DNA from: an uncultured Poribacteria bacterium
Lineage (GTDB): Bacteria; Poribacteria; WGA-4E; WGA-3G
Direction: 5' to 3'
Assembly (NCBI GenBank): GCA_958296135.2
Contig: CATQHZ020000001.1
Coordinates: 1,184,001-1,248,000 of the forward strand
DNA length: 64,000 nucleotides
Shown here: positions 7,642 to 17,813 of the stretch, in pieces
Numbering within the stretch: the stretch's first letter is position 1
Layout: each line of letters starts with the position of its first letter
Translations under genes and position numbers: made by a program
The notes under the pieces: model-generated
Database searches by the model: none
What the model was told of the DNA's origin: nothing
The model's input: only the letters and a program-made list of their open reading frames with translations

Positions 7642-10600
7642 TTAGGCGGCGGTTCGTGCTTTGCGTTCCGCCTTTGCCTTTTCAAGTTCTGCGGCTGCGT
7701 TGGGTAATTTGATGCCGCGCATTTGTAATGCTAGTTGCTGCGTTGCTAATGCTGCAGCGTCGTCGGCGTAGCCGTGCTTCTCGCCCTCTTCTGCCAAGTC
7801 CACCATGCTGTTTTTCGTTCCAGCGATGCTCGGTTCATCGGACAGCATTGTTCGCAGCGTTTGCATTGCATCGTGGACTGTGGTATCGGTAATCCCCAGC
7901 ACCTCTGTCAGCAGCCGTGCGTCTAGCACATGTCGCCACGCATCCCAACGGCATTCGCTGTATGGTAGCATCCGCGCGTTTTTCACATCGGCGAATACGC
8001 GTTCTGCTGCGTCAATCTGTTCGTCGGAGAGTTTCCGCACATCCAGTGTTGGTACGTTCAGCAACGGTGTCAGCGTTAACTTCCCACGTCCTGGTTGTTG
8101 CTTGCCCGCCATCGCCCAGTGAGACAGCAACCCGAGTGTGGAGTTTGTCCACAGCGTCCATACAGTATCGCCCCGTGTATCATGGAGTGCAATATTTGTG
8201 ATAGACGCAACACCGATGGATGGTTTGTCTGTCCATGGTGCCAATATAGAATTGGCTGGATAGCCCGGTAAAAGATGGTAATGCGTGCGTCTGCTCCTTT
8301 TCAAAATTCGCTGCGCCTTTTCTTCATTACCTGTCCGAATTTTGAATTTGGCATCAGGCTGCGTAACTATTGCTCGCTGAGTCTCGCACTGCACTTGCCA
8401 AAGGCCATCATATCCCTCAACGTCTATATTCTTGTAGGGATCGAATGCGCCGCGCATGCCATCCTTCTCCTTCTTGTCCTTGATATCTGCGGTGTGAAAA
8501 CCAGTTAGACCGATGTCGCCAATTTTGCAAATCGGGATTTCAACGTTTTCTTGCGTCATCGGCAAATGTAACTCGCCAGAAATCAGCCGATGTGTCGTTT
8601 GGAGTAACGACATCGATTGCAGACGTGTCGCGCTCCAAGCTTCATCGTTGATGGGACAATCCATGAATTGCCCGATGATTTCCTCGCCAACGTAAATCGG
8701 TTCCCCGCCAGTGGGGGTATCTTCCTGTTTCCGTACCGCTCTGCACCTCAGGATTCGGTTCGCGACCTCGCTAGCGTCCAACAGGCTCTGTGGCCGCTCC
8801 TTCAGGCAGACAAACGTTGCCCGTCCGGTGTTTTCTCCAACGCCTTTATCAGCGATTACCATGCATTCTGCCATGCTAGTGTCAGCCGAGAATGCGCTGT
8901 TGTAACCGCTATACTGCGCTATAGTTACCACTTTCACGTTGTGGTAAGCCTCCGCCCACATTTTACGAACCTTACGAAATGTTGCGCCTGTAAAAATTGT
9001 TGCAGGCAGAATCATTGCCATGCGCCCGCCATCCCTCAGTTTCCGATGCGCTAACTCCACAAAATAGGAAAATGCGGCTGTCCCATTAGAGACGGTAGTT
9101 TCCTTTTTCGCAAGTTCCTTAAGCATGGCCTTCCGGTCGGCAGCTTGGCGGAATGCGGATGCAAAAACCAGTTTCTGCTTCTTGGAATTATTGTCTGCGC
9201 CATTCGTTAGGTACGGAGGATTCATAATGACGATGTCCATCTCGCCGTGAGGGAACGCCCGTTTCAGTTCAGCCGTTGCGATTTCGTCACCGCCCGCTTG
9301 CTTGCCTTCCGCCTCCATTTCGTCAAACAGCAGTTGGTTGTCCAGCAGCTCCAGAGAACCCGTTTTGAAGCCCCCCGAGGTCTTGCCACAAGGTGCGGTG
9401 ATAACCCGCGTTGCGCCGAGTGTCACCGCGGGTTGCGCGCTCGCCATCGCCGAGAACGTCAGGTGTGTGCAGTGAGAGAAGATGTCGCAGCCCGCCAGAT
9501 TGTTCTCTAGCATGTAGCGGTGGATACCGATGCTGCTCTCGCCTTTCTGTTCTTCCCACAGTTGCTGGATGCGTTTGTAAACGCCGTTCAGCAAAGCCCC
9601 GGTTCCACAGGCGTAGTCGGCAACTTTCGGCAGTGTCTCAAGTGTTGCGTTTTCAGGTAGGCTTGGACATGCGAGTGCCGATATTAACGTTGCGCTTTCT
9701 GGCAAGGTGTAGTTCGCCTTCACCTCTTTCCTGTCGACGAGTAGCGTCTGAAATACCTCTCCCGCCAACTCGTGGATTTGTGGTAGATGGGACTTAATCA
9801 GTTCGCAGGCGGCATTGCACAGTTGCTGCAACACTGTCTCGGCTTTTTCTTCATCGTAGCAGAGTGCGGCATCCAGCATTCGGCGTGCATCGTTGAAGAT
9901 GGGATGGTAGTTCACTTTAAGGATGGCATTCCAGTCGCGCGCCACCTCCGCCAAATCGATGCCGTTCGTCTTGTAGTAGGCAGGCGGCCGCACCGTTTCC
10001 ATCTGCGGTTTTCCTGCGAGAGAATTTTGAAAGACGAATGCGTCCGTGATGATTAAGCATCCGACTCGTGCCATCTGCTCGCCATACTCGCCGCATTCCC
10101 CGCCCAAAATCTCATTCAATCCAGCGGCGACAGCCGGCCGCTCGGTAGCAACTTTGTGTAGTTCACTTGCTGCGTCCTTCACCGCGTTGCCCATCTGTCC
10201 AGCGGCGTTTTGGATGCGCGCGCTCGGCACTGCGCCGAACCGAATGGCGTTAGCGATGTCACTCAGCGTCCCACAAGCAAAGCCCTCTTGAGGAAATCGG
10301 TAATCCGCCCCTTTTGACAATCCGACGAGCACATACTCGATGTCATCAGCGGCCTTTACAGCTTCAAGGAGTTTCCAGCGTCTTAACGGTTTGAAGGTTT
10401 CGGGGTAGCGAACCATCATCACCGTTGTTAACGCCGCGCTCTTTCCGCGGAAATCGGTAGTCAGCGTTTGCCCCCTGTATTTGGCGCAGACCTCCTTGAG
10501 ATTTGCCTCACCCTGATTTGTGGCCCCTTGCCACTTGGCATCGATGGCCACGGTCTCGTGTCCTAAGCGTGTCACCACGATGTCGGGATGCTTCGCGCTT

Positions 10601-10710
10601 CCGTCCAGGACGTTTTCTTGTTCTTCGATTTCCCAGCCAGCGGTACGTGGTAAAACAGCACCTAGCACATCCACAGTCAGACTCGTGACCACGTTCTCTT
10701 TCTTTTTCAC
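7642..10710 (-). CDS. Type IIG-like fused restriction endonuclease / N6-adenine methyltransferase (1022 aa)
   Basis: N-terminal HPDI...AIDAK nuclease motif, motif I VADYACGTG, motif IV NPPY, C-terminal TRD-like region. Confidence 0.85.
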   Translation of the reverse strand: MKKKENVVTSLTVDVLGAVLPRTAGWEIEEQENVLDGSAKHPDIVVTRLGHETVAIDAKWQGATNQGEANLKEVCAKYRGQTLTTDFRGKSAALTTVMMVRYPETFKPLRRWKLLEAVKAADDIEYVLVGLSKGADYRFPQEGFACGTLSDIANAIRFGAVPSARIQNAAGQMGNAVKDAASELHKVATERPAVAAGLNEILGGECGEYGEQMARVGCLIITDAFVFQNSLAGKPQMETVRPPAYYKTNGIDLAEVARDWNAILKVNYHPIFNDARRMLDAALCYDEEKAETVLQQLCNAACELIKSHLPQIHELAGEVFQTLLVDRKEVKANYTLPESATLISALACPSLPENATLETLPKVADYACGTGALLNGVYKRIQQLWEEQKGESSIGIHRYMLENNLAGCDIFSHCTHLTFSAMASAQPAVTLGATRVITAPCGKTSGGFKTGSLELLDNQLLFDEMEAEGKQAGGDEIATAELKRAFPHGEMDIVIMNPPYLTNGADNNSKKQKLVFASAFRQAADRKAMLKELAKKETTVSNGTAAFSYFVELAHRKLRDGGRMAMILPATIFTGATFRKVRKMWAEAYHNVKVVTIAQYSGYNSAFSADTSMAECMVIADKGVGENTGRATFVCLKERPQSLLDASEVANRILRCRAVRKQEDTPTGGEPIYVGEEIIGQFMDCPINDEAWSATRLQSMSLLQTTHRLISGELHLPMTQENVEIPICKIGDIGLTGFHTADIKDKKEKDGMRGAFDPYKNIDVEGYDGLWQVQCETQRAIVTQPDAKFKIRTGNEEKAQRILKRSRRTHYHLLPGYPANSILAPWTDKPSIGVASITNIALHDTRGDTVWTLWTNSTLGLLSHWAMAGKQQPGRGKLTLTPLLNVPTLDVRKLSDEQIDAAERVFADVKNARMLPYSECRWDAWRHVLDARLLTEVLGITDTTVHDAMQTLRTMLSDEPSIAGTKNSMVDLAEEGEKHGYADDAAALATQQLALQMRGIKLPNAAAELEKAKAERKARTAA

Positions 10711-10789
10711 GTTGCTAATCTCCAGTTCTTTTGCTGTTTTCGGGTTCGCGGGTGCGAACTAGGACAGTGGTGTTTTCGTCTTCGGTGCT

Positions 10790-11746
10790 TTATTGCGTGC
10801 TGTCTTCTGCGTAACATTCCTCAAGATATTCATCGGAAACGGTTCCGACGCCATCCTGTGTGACGGTTTTCACAGTTGGGAAGATCTGTGCTTTTGCGTT
10901 ATAGCCGCTCGTTGCTGCGTCGTATTCGCTTGCGGTATCGAGGAGCCGCAAAATGGTGATAGTTGCCTGCCGTTCGTCCATTGCTTCTAGGCGCGTTTCG
11001 CCCCATCGGTTGAGGTACCGTAACACGCCACGGATCCAGATGGAGCCGGAGCCAGTCGTGGCGAAATCGACGTTCTCAAAGTGTGCGCCGAGGGCATCGT
11101 AGAAGAAGATTTTTCCGCCGTTTTCTGTTGAACGTTCGTGAGTGACAGGCTCTGGTGCTGCGGCGGTTGTGGCGTTATTCTTCGTATCGTAAATGGCGAA
11201 GATTGGGATGACACCGCCGATGCCTTGGAGTGCCATCGCGAGGTTATCCCGGATGAGGCGCGAGAGCATCCGCAGTTTTCCCTCTAGGCTCAGCTCTTGT
11301 AGTTGGCTGCGGCGGAAGTATTGGAACGAATGCTCCAATATCCGCGCTATCTCGTACGCAATAGCGGGCGAACCCGAGATAGCGAGGACAGAGTGCCGGT
11401 CGATCTGGAGGACTTTCTCCGCCTTGTCATAGATGACAGAGGTGCCTGCGGTTGCGCGCCGGTCGCCTGCAATCATCACGCCGTTGCGGTAGCGCACGGC
11501 GATGACTGTGGTGCTGTGCGCTATCTCAATATCGTGAGGGACAGGTCCTCGTGCGCCGGTATCGCGCGGTGTAAGCGCGCTCCCGGTCTCGATGCCGGCG
11601 TGTTTCAAGAGGCTGAGAAAGTCGCCTTTGTGGTTAGTCTCCCCGGGTAGGAGCGCGCTTCGTGCACTTAGTGTTGAGGGTTCGCGGGGGACGGGCCCCC
11701 GCGCTACAGCAAGGTGCTCGAATTCCTCGTGGTTCATGGGTTGCAC
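10790..11746 (-). CDS. prcB: Proteasome subunit beta with propeptide
   Basis: AHS|TTVIAVRYRNGVMIAGDRRATAG, TTGSGS, ASEYDAAT. Confidence 0.93.
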   Translation of the reverse strand: MQPMNHEEFEHLAVARGPVPREPSTLSARSALLPGETNHKGDFLSLLKHAGIETGSALTPRDTGARGPVPHDIEIAHSTTVIAVRYRNGVMIAGDRRATAGTSVIYDKAEKVLQIDRHSVLAISGSPAIAYEIARILEHSFQYFRRSQLQELSLEGKLRMLSRLIRDNLAMALQGIGGVIPIFAIYDTKNNATTAAAPEPVTHERSTENGGKIFFYDALGAHFENVDFATTGSGSIWIRGVLRYLNRWGETRLEAMDERQATITILRLLDTASEYDAATSGYNAKAQIFPTVKTVTQDGVGTVSDEYLEECYAEDSTQ

Positions 11747-11748
11747 CT

Positions 11749-11949
11749 CTATTCTCCGGTTCGCTGACGGTATCGGCGCGACTGGTCCTTGTCGACACGG
11801 CGCATCCGCTTGAGCAGTTCCTGCGTATCGGGCCGGTTGACGTTCTGGCGTTTGGGGCCACCGTTATCGCCGTCGCCATCGCCGGGGCCGATCGGTTTGG
11901 TGTCTCGCTGCTTGCGTTCTAGTTGCGTAATCGTAGGGTTCCGTTCCAT
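11749..11949 (-). CDS. ubact: Ubiquitin-like modifier UBact (66 aa)
   Basis: Low-complexity N-terminus, ELLKRMRRVD..RYRQRTGE C-terminus; lies between dop and prcB. Confidence 0.93.
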   Translation of the reverse strand: MERNPTITQLERKQRDTKPIGPGDGDGDNGGPKRQNVNRPDTQELLKRMRRVDKDQSRRYRQRTGE

Positions 11950-12147
11950 TTTTTTGTAGTTCCTTTCGGTTAACAAGCTCCCTCTTAGCAGGGAACCGTT
12001 GTGTTGGTGAATCTGTCATCGACGTTGTCGATTTCTGCGTTTCTGGGCTAATTCTTCTCATTCATGGGGTTCAGACACCGCAGTCTATAGAGCCTAGCGT
12101 GGCGAGGGACAGGTTCCCCTCGCCCTACGGCGGGCAGACTGCATTTG

Positions 12148-13686
12148 TTACAGTTCCAATTTTTTAATCAACGTTTCCACGTTCGGCGATTCGTCAAGTG
12201 CCTTGTTATATTGCTTGGCGATTTCGGCATCAGCGAGTGCGTCCATGTCAACCGAGACGGGGCGGCCGTTCACCCGAAAGGTGATGCTGTCCCACTGGAT
12301 TGCTTTGATGTCTTGACTGAACCGATTGACAGCGTTGCCTCGGAAATAGGCCCGCGTTCCTGCTGGTGGTGCGTGGATGGCTGCGTCGATCTGTTCGTCA
12401 GTTACGACGCGCCGCATCGGGAGTCCATAGAAGAGTCCTTCGTCTTGATGGATGTTGTGGTATTCCAGATCGAGGCTCTGCAGCCACGGGTCATCCCATT
12501 CAAGTCGTTCTTCTTGGGCAAAGGTTTCAAGGAGCCATTTCTTTGCTACCCAATCGAGCCGGTCGGTGAGCGACATCGGGTCCTTCTCCAATGTGTTCAA
12601 CGTATCTTCCCATTCTGTCAGCACCCAGTCAATCTCGAAAGGGGTTGCTATTTTGCTATGGCCGGCCCCGCGCGTTGCGGTATCCTGTGCAAAATGTTTC
12701 TGCGCGAGGGCGAGATATTCACGCTGATGGTCTGGCGCGGACATCGTTTTTCCTTCCGCCGTTGTGACGAGCCACCGATATCCCTGGTCGTGCGAGATAG
12801 TTTTGATGGTGTCAATCGGGTTTGCGAGTGCCAATCTCCTTGGTATTTTGCGTGCTTCAATCAGCGCGATGACGAGTGCGGTTGTGCCGACCTTCAACGC
12901 GGTCGCGTATTCAGACATGTTTGCGTCGCCGACAATTCCGTGCAGTCTTCGATATTTCTTAGCATCGGCGTGCGGTTCATCTCGCGTATTGAAGATGGGG
13001 CGTTGATGCATCGTGTCGACACTTGCTTCGACGTGAAAGAAATCGGAACGCTGTGCGAGCTGAAAATGCCCGGGTGTTGCGAGTCCGGCTTCGGTTTCGA
13101 TGCCGAGTTTGCCTGCGCCGGCGAAAATCTGCCGTGTGACGAAGAAGGGCAGGATGCTCTCCTTGAGGTATTCAAACGGGACTTCCCGTGCCATGAGGTA
13201 GTTATCGTGGCATCCGTAGCTATGCCCTTGGAAATCGGTATTATTTTTAAATAGGAGCACGCGCTTGCCGAGGTGTTCGCTGCGTGTTTCGGCGCACCGC
13301 TGTACGATGCGTTCTCCCGCTTTATCGTGCGCGACCAGGTCGAACAGGCTGCAGCACTCCGGTGTGGCATACTCCGGGTGCGCGTGGTCATTGTAGAGTC
13401 GTGCGCCGTTGCCGAGTATCCGGTCGCTCTTGATTTCGGCGAAGGAGAAGTTGTGGCGCCGGTCGCGTTTCTCTTCTTCCTTTTCATCGGGATGATTGGA
13501 GAGGGTTTTCGCGCGGAAGCCGCGTTCATCACGAAAGGGGTCTTCGCCGCGGTAGTCCCACATCGGCTGAAAGTCCTCCTTGCGATAGCTCTTAATCAAC
13601 TCAATGGATTCCTTGACGGCATCGATGTGCGCTTCGTTTTCAAGGGTGATGCCGTATTCCGTTTCGATGCCAAAAAGTCTTTGCAT
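12148..13686 (-). CDS. dop: Dop-family depupylase/deamidase
   Basis: LFGIETEYG, NGARLYNDHAHPEY (Dop-type), SYGCHDNY, RRLHGIVGDANMSE. Confidence 0.92.
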   Translation of the reverse strand: MQRLFGIETEYGITLENEAHIDAVKESIELIKSYRKEDFQPMWDYRGEDPFRDERGFRAKTLSNHPDEKEEEKRDRRHNFSFAEIKSDRILGNGARLYNDHAHPEYATPECCSLFDLVAHDKAGERIVQRCAETRSEHLGKRVLLFKNNTDFQGHSYGCHDNYLMAREVPFEYLKESILPFFVTRQIFAGAGKLGIETEAGLATPGHFQLAQRSDFFHVEASVDTMHQRPIFNTRDEPHADAKKYRRLHGIVGDANMSEYATALKVGTTALVIALIEARKIPRRLALANPIDTIKTISHDQGYRWLVTTAEGKTMSAPDHQREYLALAQKHFAQDTATRGAGHSKIATPFEIDWVLTEWEDTLNTLEKDPMSLTDRLDWVAKKWLLETFAQEERLEWDDPWLQSLDLEYHNIHQDEGLFYGLPMRRVVTDEQIDAAIHAPPAGTRAYFRGNAVNRFSQDIKAIQWDSITFRVNGRPVSVDMDALADAEIAKQYNKALDESPNVETLIKKLEL

Positions 13687-13783
13687 GGGTTTTGAGTTCC
13701 TCTGTGCGCCTCCTCATGTTGAACGCCCGCGGGGGACAGGTTCTCGCGCTCTGGTATGAGCAATAATCTTGGGAAGAGTGCCG

Positions 13784-15577
13784 CTAAATGACGCGGTTTG
13801 ATACCTTCCGCCGTTCCCGTTTCTCGGTTTTGATAGGCGTAACCTTCACCACATTCGCCGGATCATAGTCAAGTAGTTTGAGCCAGTCTTCCGTTGCTTC
13901 TGTGGGCGGGAAGATTTCGCTTTCGCTGTATTCGGCGTTGAGTGCGTCGAGCAAGTCTGCGCGCGTGATGCCGGCTTCTCGCTCCGGTTCCCGAATTGCC
14001 CGCTTTAGCGCGTACTCTTTTGCGCGTTGCACAATGGACTCGATGATGGCCCCGCTGCAGAGGTGTCCGCGATAGAGAATATCGCGTCTCCCGCTGCGGA
14101 GCGAGACTTCTAGGAATCGGTTATCATCGTCCTCCCGGAACATTTCATCAACCACCTGTCCAATCAGGTCAGTGATGAGTTTCTCTGTGCCGTAGTCTTC
14201 TTCATTTTCTGCCAGTTCGCCTTTCGTCGCGGGTTCTGAGACGAGCGGCAGTTCTGGGGTGAGGTAGATACGGAAAATATCCTTCGCTGCTTCTGCGTTT
14301 GGGCGCGTCACCTTGATTTTTCTATCAATGCGGCCGGGACGCAGAATCGCGGGGTCGACCAGGTCTGGCCGGTTTGTTGCGAGGATAATAACGACATCGT
14401 GGAGCGATTCAATGCCGTCCATCTCTGCGCAGAACATCGGCACCAGCGTATTCGATATGCTGTGTGAGCGTAGGGCGCGGCGGGTGCCTAGAATCGATTC
14501 TGCCTCGTCAATGAAGACAAAGGCGAGTTTTCCTTCTTCGCGTTTCTCGCGGGCGATTTGGAAGATTTCCCTGACTTTCCGTTCGGATTCGCCGAGCCAC
14601 ATGTTGAGGATTTCCGGTCCCTTAATGTGTAGGAAACATCCCTCCACGTCCTCCCCGGTTTCGCTGCGAAGTTGTTCGGTGAGGTTATGCGCGGTTGCCT
14701 TTCCGATGAGCGTCTTCCCGCATCCTGGCGGTCCGTGTAGGAGGAATCCCTTCGGTGCGCTGTATTGGAATTGCTCGAAGAGTTTCGGGTGAAGGATTGG
14801 CAGTTCGATGGTATCCTTGATGAGTTGGATAGTCTGGTCTAGTCCCCCCACCTTCGACCAGGGGATGTCGGGCACCTTTTCAAGAGCGTAATGGTCTGCC
14901 TCTTTCGTGACTATCTGCTCAATTGCGATGCGAAAGTTAGAGTCAATGCGAATTTCGTCGCCCGGCTTCAAGTTGGCCTTGGCGAGTGTTGCGCTGCGTT
15001 CAAGGATGATGGATTGCGCGTTCGGTTCGCCGCCGACCCGGAGTCTGCTGTCGGGCAGTATGTCGGCGATTTTGACGATGGGTCCAGCGTCGCTATATCC
15101 GAGTTCTCCGACGACGACAAAAGCATCGTTCAGCAGCACGCTGTATCCCTTTTCGAGGGCTGCTGGGTTGAGTTCGGGTGCGAGGTTAGCGTAGTATTCG
15201 GATCCGCCGACGATGACGCGGGCGATGTCGTCCTTGTGCAGTCCGAGCAGTGTCCCGATTCGATTTGCTGGGGAAGTGAGTTGCTCGATCTGTTCTTCCA
15301 TCTCGGCATGGATGCGTAGTGCTTCGCGCTGGATGGCTTGCATCCGTTCTTGGAATTCACCCTCATCGCTGAGGATAGAGCGGCGGAGTTCTAGTAGCCA
15401 TCTTCGTCGCCGGTCTTCCACGGGTGTTTCGGAGATGATATGGTGAATGAGCTGCAAGGAATAGCCGGAGCTGCGTTCTTCGTCTTCGGCTTCAAATTCC
15501 TCATCCATCTCGTCTTCAATAAACAGGTCTGGCTCGTTTGTGCGTGCGCCAGGATGTCCACGTTTTTTATCGTACAT
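13784..15577 (-). CDS. arc: Proteasome AAA+ ATPase (ARC/Mpa)
   Basis: Coiled coil + OB region, GPPGCGKT, IKGPEILNMWLGESER, FIDEAES, DPAILRPGRIDRKI. Confidence 0.93.
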   Translation of the reverse strand: MYDKKRGHPGARTNEPDLFIEDEMDEEFEAEDEERSSGYSLQLIHHIISETPVEDRRRRWLLELRRSILSDEGEFQERMQAIQREALRIHAEMEEQIEQLTSPANRIGTLLGLHKDDIARVIVGGSEYYANLAPELNPAALEKGYSVLLNDAFVVVGELGYSDAGPIVKIADILPDSRLRVGGEPNAQSIILERSATLAKANLKPGDEIRIDSNFRIAIEQIVTKEADHYALEKVPDIPWSKVGGLDQTIQLIKDTIELPILHPKLFEQFQYSAPKGFLLHGPPGCGKTLIGKATAHNLTEQLRSETGEDVEGCFLHIKGPEILNMWLGESERKVREIFQIAREKREEGKLAFVFIDEAESILGTRRALRSHSISNTLVPMFCAEMDGIESLHDVVIILATNRPDLVDPAILRPGRIDRKIKVTRPNAEAAKDIFRIYLTPELPLVSEPATKGELAENEEDYGTEKLITDLIGQVVDEMFREDDDNRFLEVSLRSGRRDILYRGHLCSGAIIESIVQRAKEYALKRAIREPEREAGITRADLLDALNAEYSESEIFPPTEATEDWLKLLDYDPANVVKVTPIKTEKRERRKVSNRVI

Positions 15578-15888
15578 CTGTTTGAACGTCTCCTCAGGCG
15601 GAAGGGGATGACTTTACGAAATACATTTTACCCTATTTCGGAATAATTTGCAAATTTTTTTTGCGATGTGCATAAAAAGTTGCTAAAAACCGAGTTGGCA
15701 GTGGCGATTTGCATTAGTATAGCATAAATTAGAAAATAGCTGCAAGAAAAAAGTGATTGGCCCCTTTTTTGAGCGGACTGAAATAACCGTTTTCTGCGAG
15801 AAGGGCTCGGTTAATCTGTGCAGAGCTTCGGCACAGCGGTAAGTTCCCGGTCTAATTCGCGCACTGTGTTCGTTACAAACTTCACGGC

Positions 15889-17613
15889 TTAAGTGCCATA
15901 TTCTGCCGATTCCTCCGATAAATCTGACGGCCGCTCCTGCAAGACCGGCACGACATAACTCCGGATCTGCAATCCGTCTATCGTCTCTGTCTCTACGCGG
16001 GGTTCTGGATTTTTGCGCCTGTCAAACACGACATAGTAGCCTTCCGAAACGCCCTCCGATTTGAGATAGGCAGCAAGCTGCTGTTTGCCGCCCTCATACC
16101 GCCGCTCGCTGTTCCATACCTTGATTTCGACGACATACTTGCGTCCATTGTGGAACACCACCAGATCCATCCGGCCCCGTCCCGTTGGCAGCTCCAAGTA
16201 CATGTCCCCGCGCACTGCCTGCACAAATGCATCCAGGTACGTGGCAAGGAGATGCTGCCCAACGGATTCCTTTGGAATGCCCGGTACTTGCAGAATCCGA
16301 AACCCAATGCGTGCGATGAAAGCGCGGAAGTTATCCAGCAGCGATGTCATGTCAATCTGTCCATCGGCGGTGAGGTAATCCGCGAATTCTGCACCGGTTC
16401 TTTCGGGGAAGTAGTCGTTCTCTAACCCGTTGGTAGCCGGTTGGAACGCTTGCATGACGCGGTACTGATAAATCGGGTTGACAATCTCACACCACCTGTC
16501 GGGTCCTTTCGTGATGACACCGGCTGTGGCAAGTTCGCGCATGAGTTCATTGTCGGGGTTGAAAAGGATGCCTTTCTCCGAGGTGGCGATTTCCATGAGG
16601 AGGCTTTCAAACCGTGCGTCTCGGCGAATATTGGTAGTCAGATGTTCTATGTTGACGTTAACTTCCTCAAGGATGCCGGTGTGTGCCTTCGCGAAGTGCG
16701 CGAGGGTGATGGGCACGTCTTTCGGGATGTCCATCTCCGCGGTGAGTATCTGCGCGAGGCGGTTGACGAGGAACGGCTGTCCGCCGGTCTGCCGGTGCAG
16801 TGCCTCAATCACCTCAGCGGCGAACGCCTGTCCCACTTCGTCGGTATACTGTCCAAGGAGTTCTGCCACCTGCGTCAATGTGAAGTTCTGCAACGTAAAC
16901 TCATCTTGGATATTAAACGGGGAGATAGTCCTGTCATAGTTGAGCTGCTTGATGCTCTTAACGCCGATGATGCCGACGCTGTGGATACATCGCTCTCCTC
17001 TCGTGAGGTAAATGCGGCGGAGGGTATGAAGGAACCCCTTCGCGGCGGCGTGAGGGATACCATCAAACTCGTCGATGATGAGCACGACCCGGGGAGCGCG
17101 CGGTGGGGCTGCAGCTTTACCCTGTATCGCCCCGAATTCCGTAGGGCGCGGGCCTGTCCCTCGCGGTGGGGCATCTGTTCCCTGCTGGCTGAGCAGAGGT
17201 GTCAGCTGTCCAAAGAATCTTCCCATTGAGAGATGGTTGGTTATTTTCGCCTGGGTTAAGAATTCGCTTAACTCTGCAGTGGGTTCTAAGCCGCGCTTTT
17301 GGAAGACGTTTGCAATTTCCACGCGAATATCTGGGTAAAGGTCTTCGTAAAAATCGGCAGGTTCCACGTCTTCATATACCTCAAAATTGAGTTGAATTGG
17401 GAAGTAGTCGGGCTCTTCGGCCATGAGCGCGTCGAGCGCGTTTTGGAAGAACGTGGTCTTTCCAGTTTGGCGCGGCGCGAAGAGGACGATATAACGTCCC
17501 TCTTTTACGCGGTTGATAAAATCGGTGAGTTCCTCCGTGCGCGAGACAACATAATGGTCGGTCGGATTCACGGGCCCGCGGGTGCCAAACGTTTTTCGAT
17601 GTCGGTTTTCCAT
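15889..17613 (-). CDS. AAA-like ATPase with C-terminal PD-(D/E)xK-like domain
   Basis: APRQTGKTT, LIIDEFD, SPFNI, TGGQPFLV, GRMDLVV...VEIK. Confidence 0.85.
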   Translation of the reverse strand: MENRHRKTFGTRGPVNPTDHYVVSRTEELTDFINRVKEGRYIVLFAPRQTGKTTFFQNALDALMAEEPDYFPIQLNFEVYEDVEPADFYEDLYPDIRVEIANVFQKRGLEPTAELSEFLTQAKITNHLSMGRFFGQLTPLLSQQGTDAPPRGTGPRPTEFGAIQGKAAAPPRAPRVVLIIDEFDGIPHAAAKGFLHTLRRIYLTRGERCIHSVGIIGVKSIKQLNYDRTISPFNIQDEFTLQNFTLTQVAELLGQYTDEVGQAFAAEVIEALHRQTGGQPFLVNRLAQILTAEMDIPKDVPITLAHFAKAHTGILEEVNVNIEHLTTNIRRDARFESLLMEIATSEKGILFNPDNELMRELATAGVITKGPDRWCEIVNPIYQYRVMQAFQPATNGLENDYFPERTGAEFADYLTADGQIDMTSLLDNFRAFIARIGFRILQVPGIPKESVGQHLLATYLDAFVQAVRGDMYLELPTGRGRMDLVVFHNGRKYVVEIKVWNSERRYEGGKQQLAAYLKSEGVSEGYYVVFDRRKNPEPRVETETIDGLQIRSYVVPVLQERPSDLSEESAEYGT

Positions 17614-17650
17614 GGTGCGTTTTTCCTTAATCGTTGGATTTCATATCTTT

Positions 17651-17716
17651 ATTGTATCACAGCGTCTATGTGAAAGTCAAATTGAACTTGACATCTTTCC
17701 GACGCTATGCTAAAAT
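17651..17716. promoter_or_regulatory. Back-to-back sigma70-type promoters
   Basis: Minus TTGACT-18-TACAAT (17651-17680); plus TTGACA-17-TAAAAT (17688-17716). Confidence 0.6.
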
Positions 17717-17813
17717 GGGGCATTGCGAGGGGAACCCTCGGCGATTCGCGCTCGCCGGGTTTTCCCTCGCGCTACGGTATTCGAGTGTGAAATGACAGCA
17801 GGAGACAAACCTT

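Noticed and set aside
7611-10789. Transposon or IS carrying the RM gene
   Set aside because: No transposase motifs, terminal inverted repeats or target-site duplication seen, and no shared flanks with the paralogous locus.
11749-11976. Actinobacterial Pup
   Set aside because: C-terminus is RQRTGE rather than GG(Q/E), matching UBact.
12145-13254. 369-aa plus-strand ORF and similar long antisense ORFs (16441-17229, 28787-29572, 32121-32900)
   Set aside because: Shadows of well-supported opposite-strand genes, with no motifs of their own.
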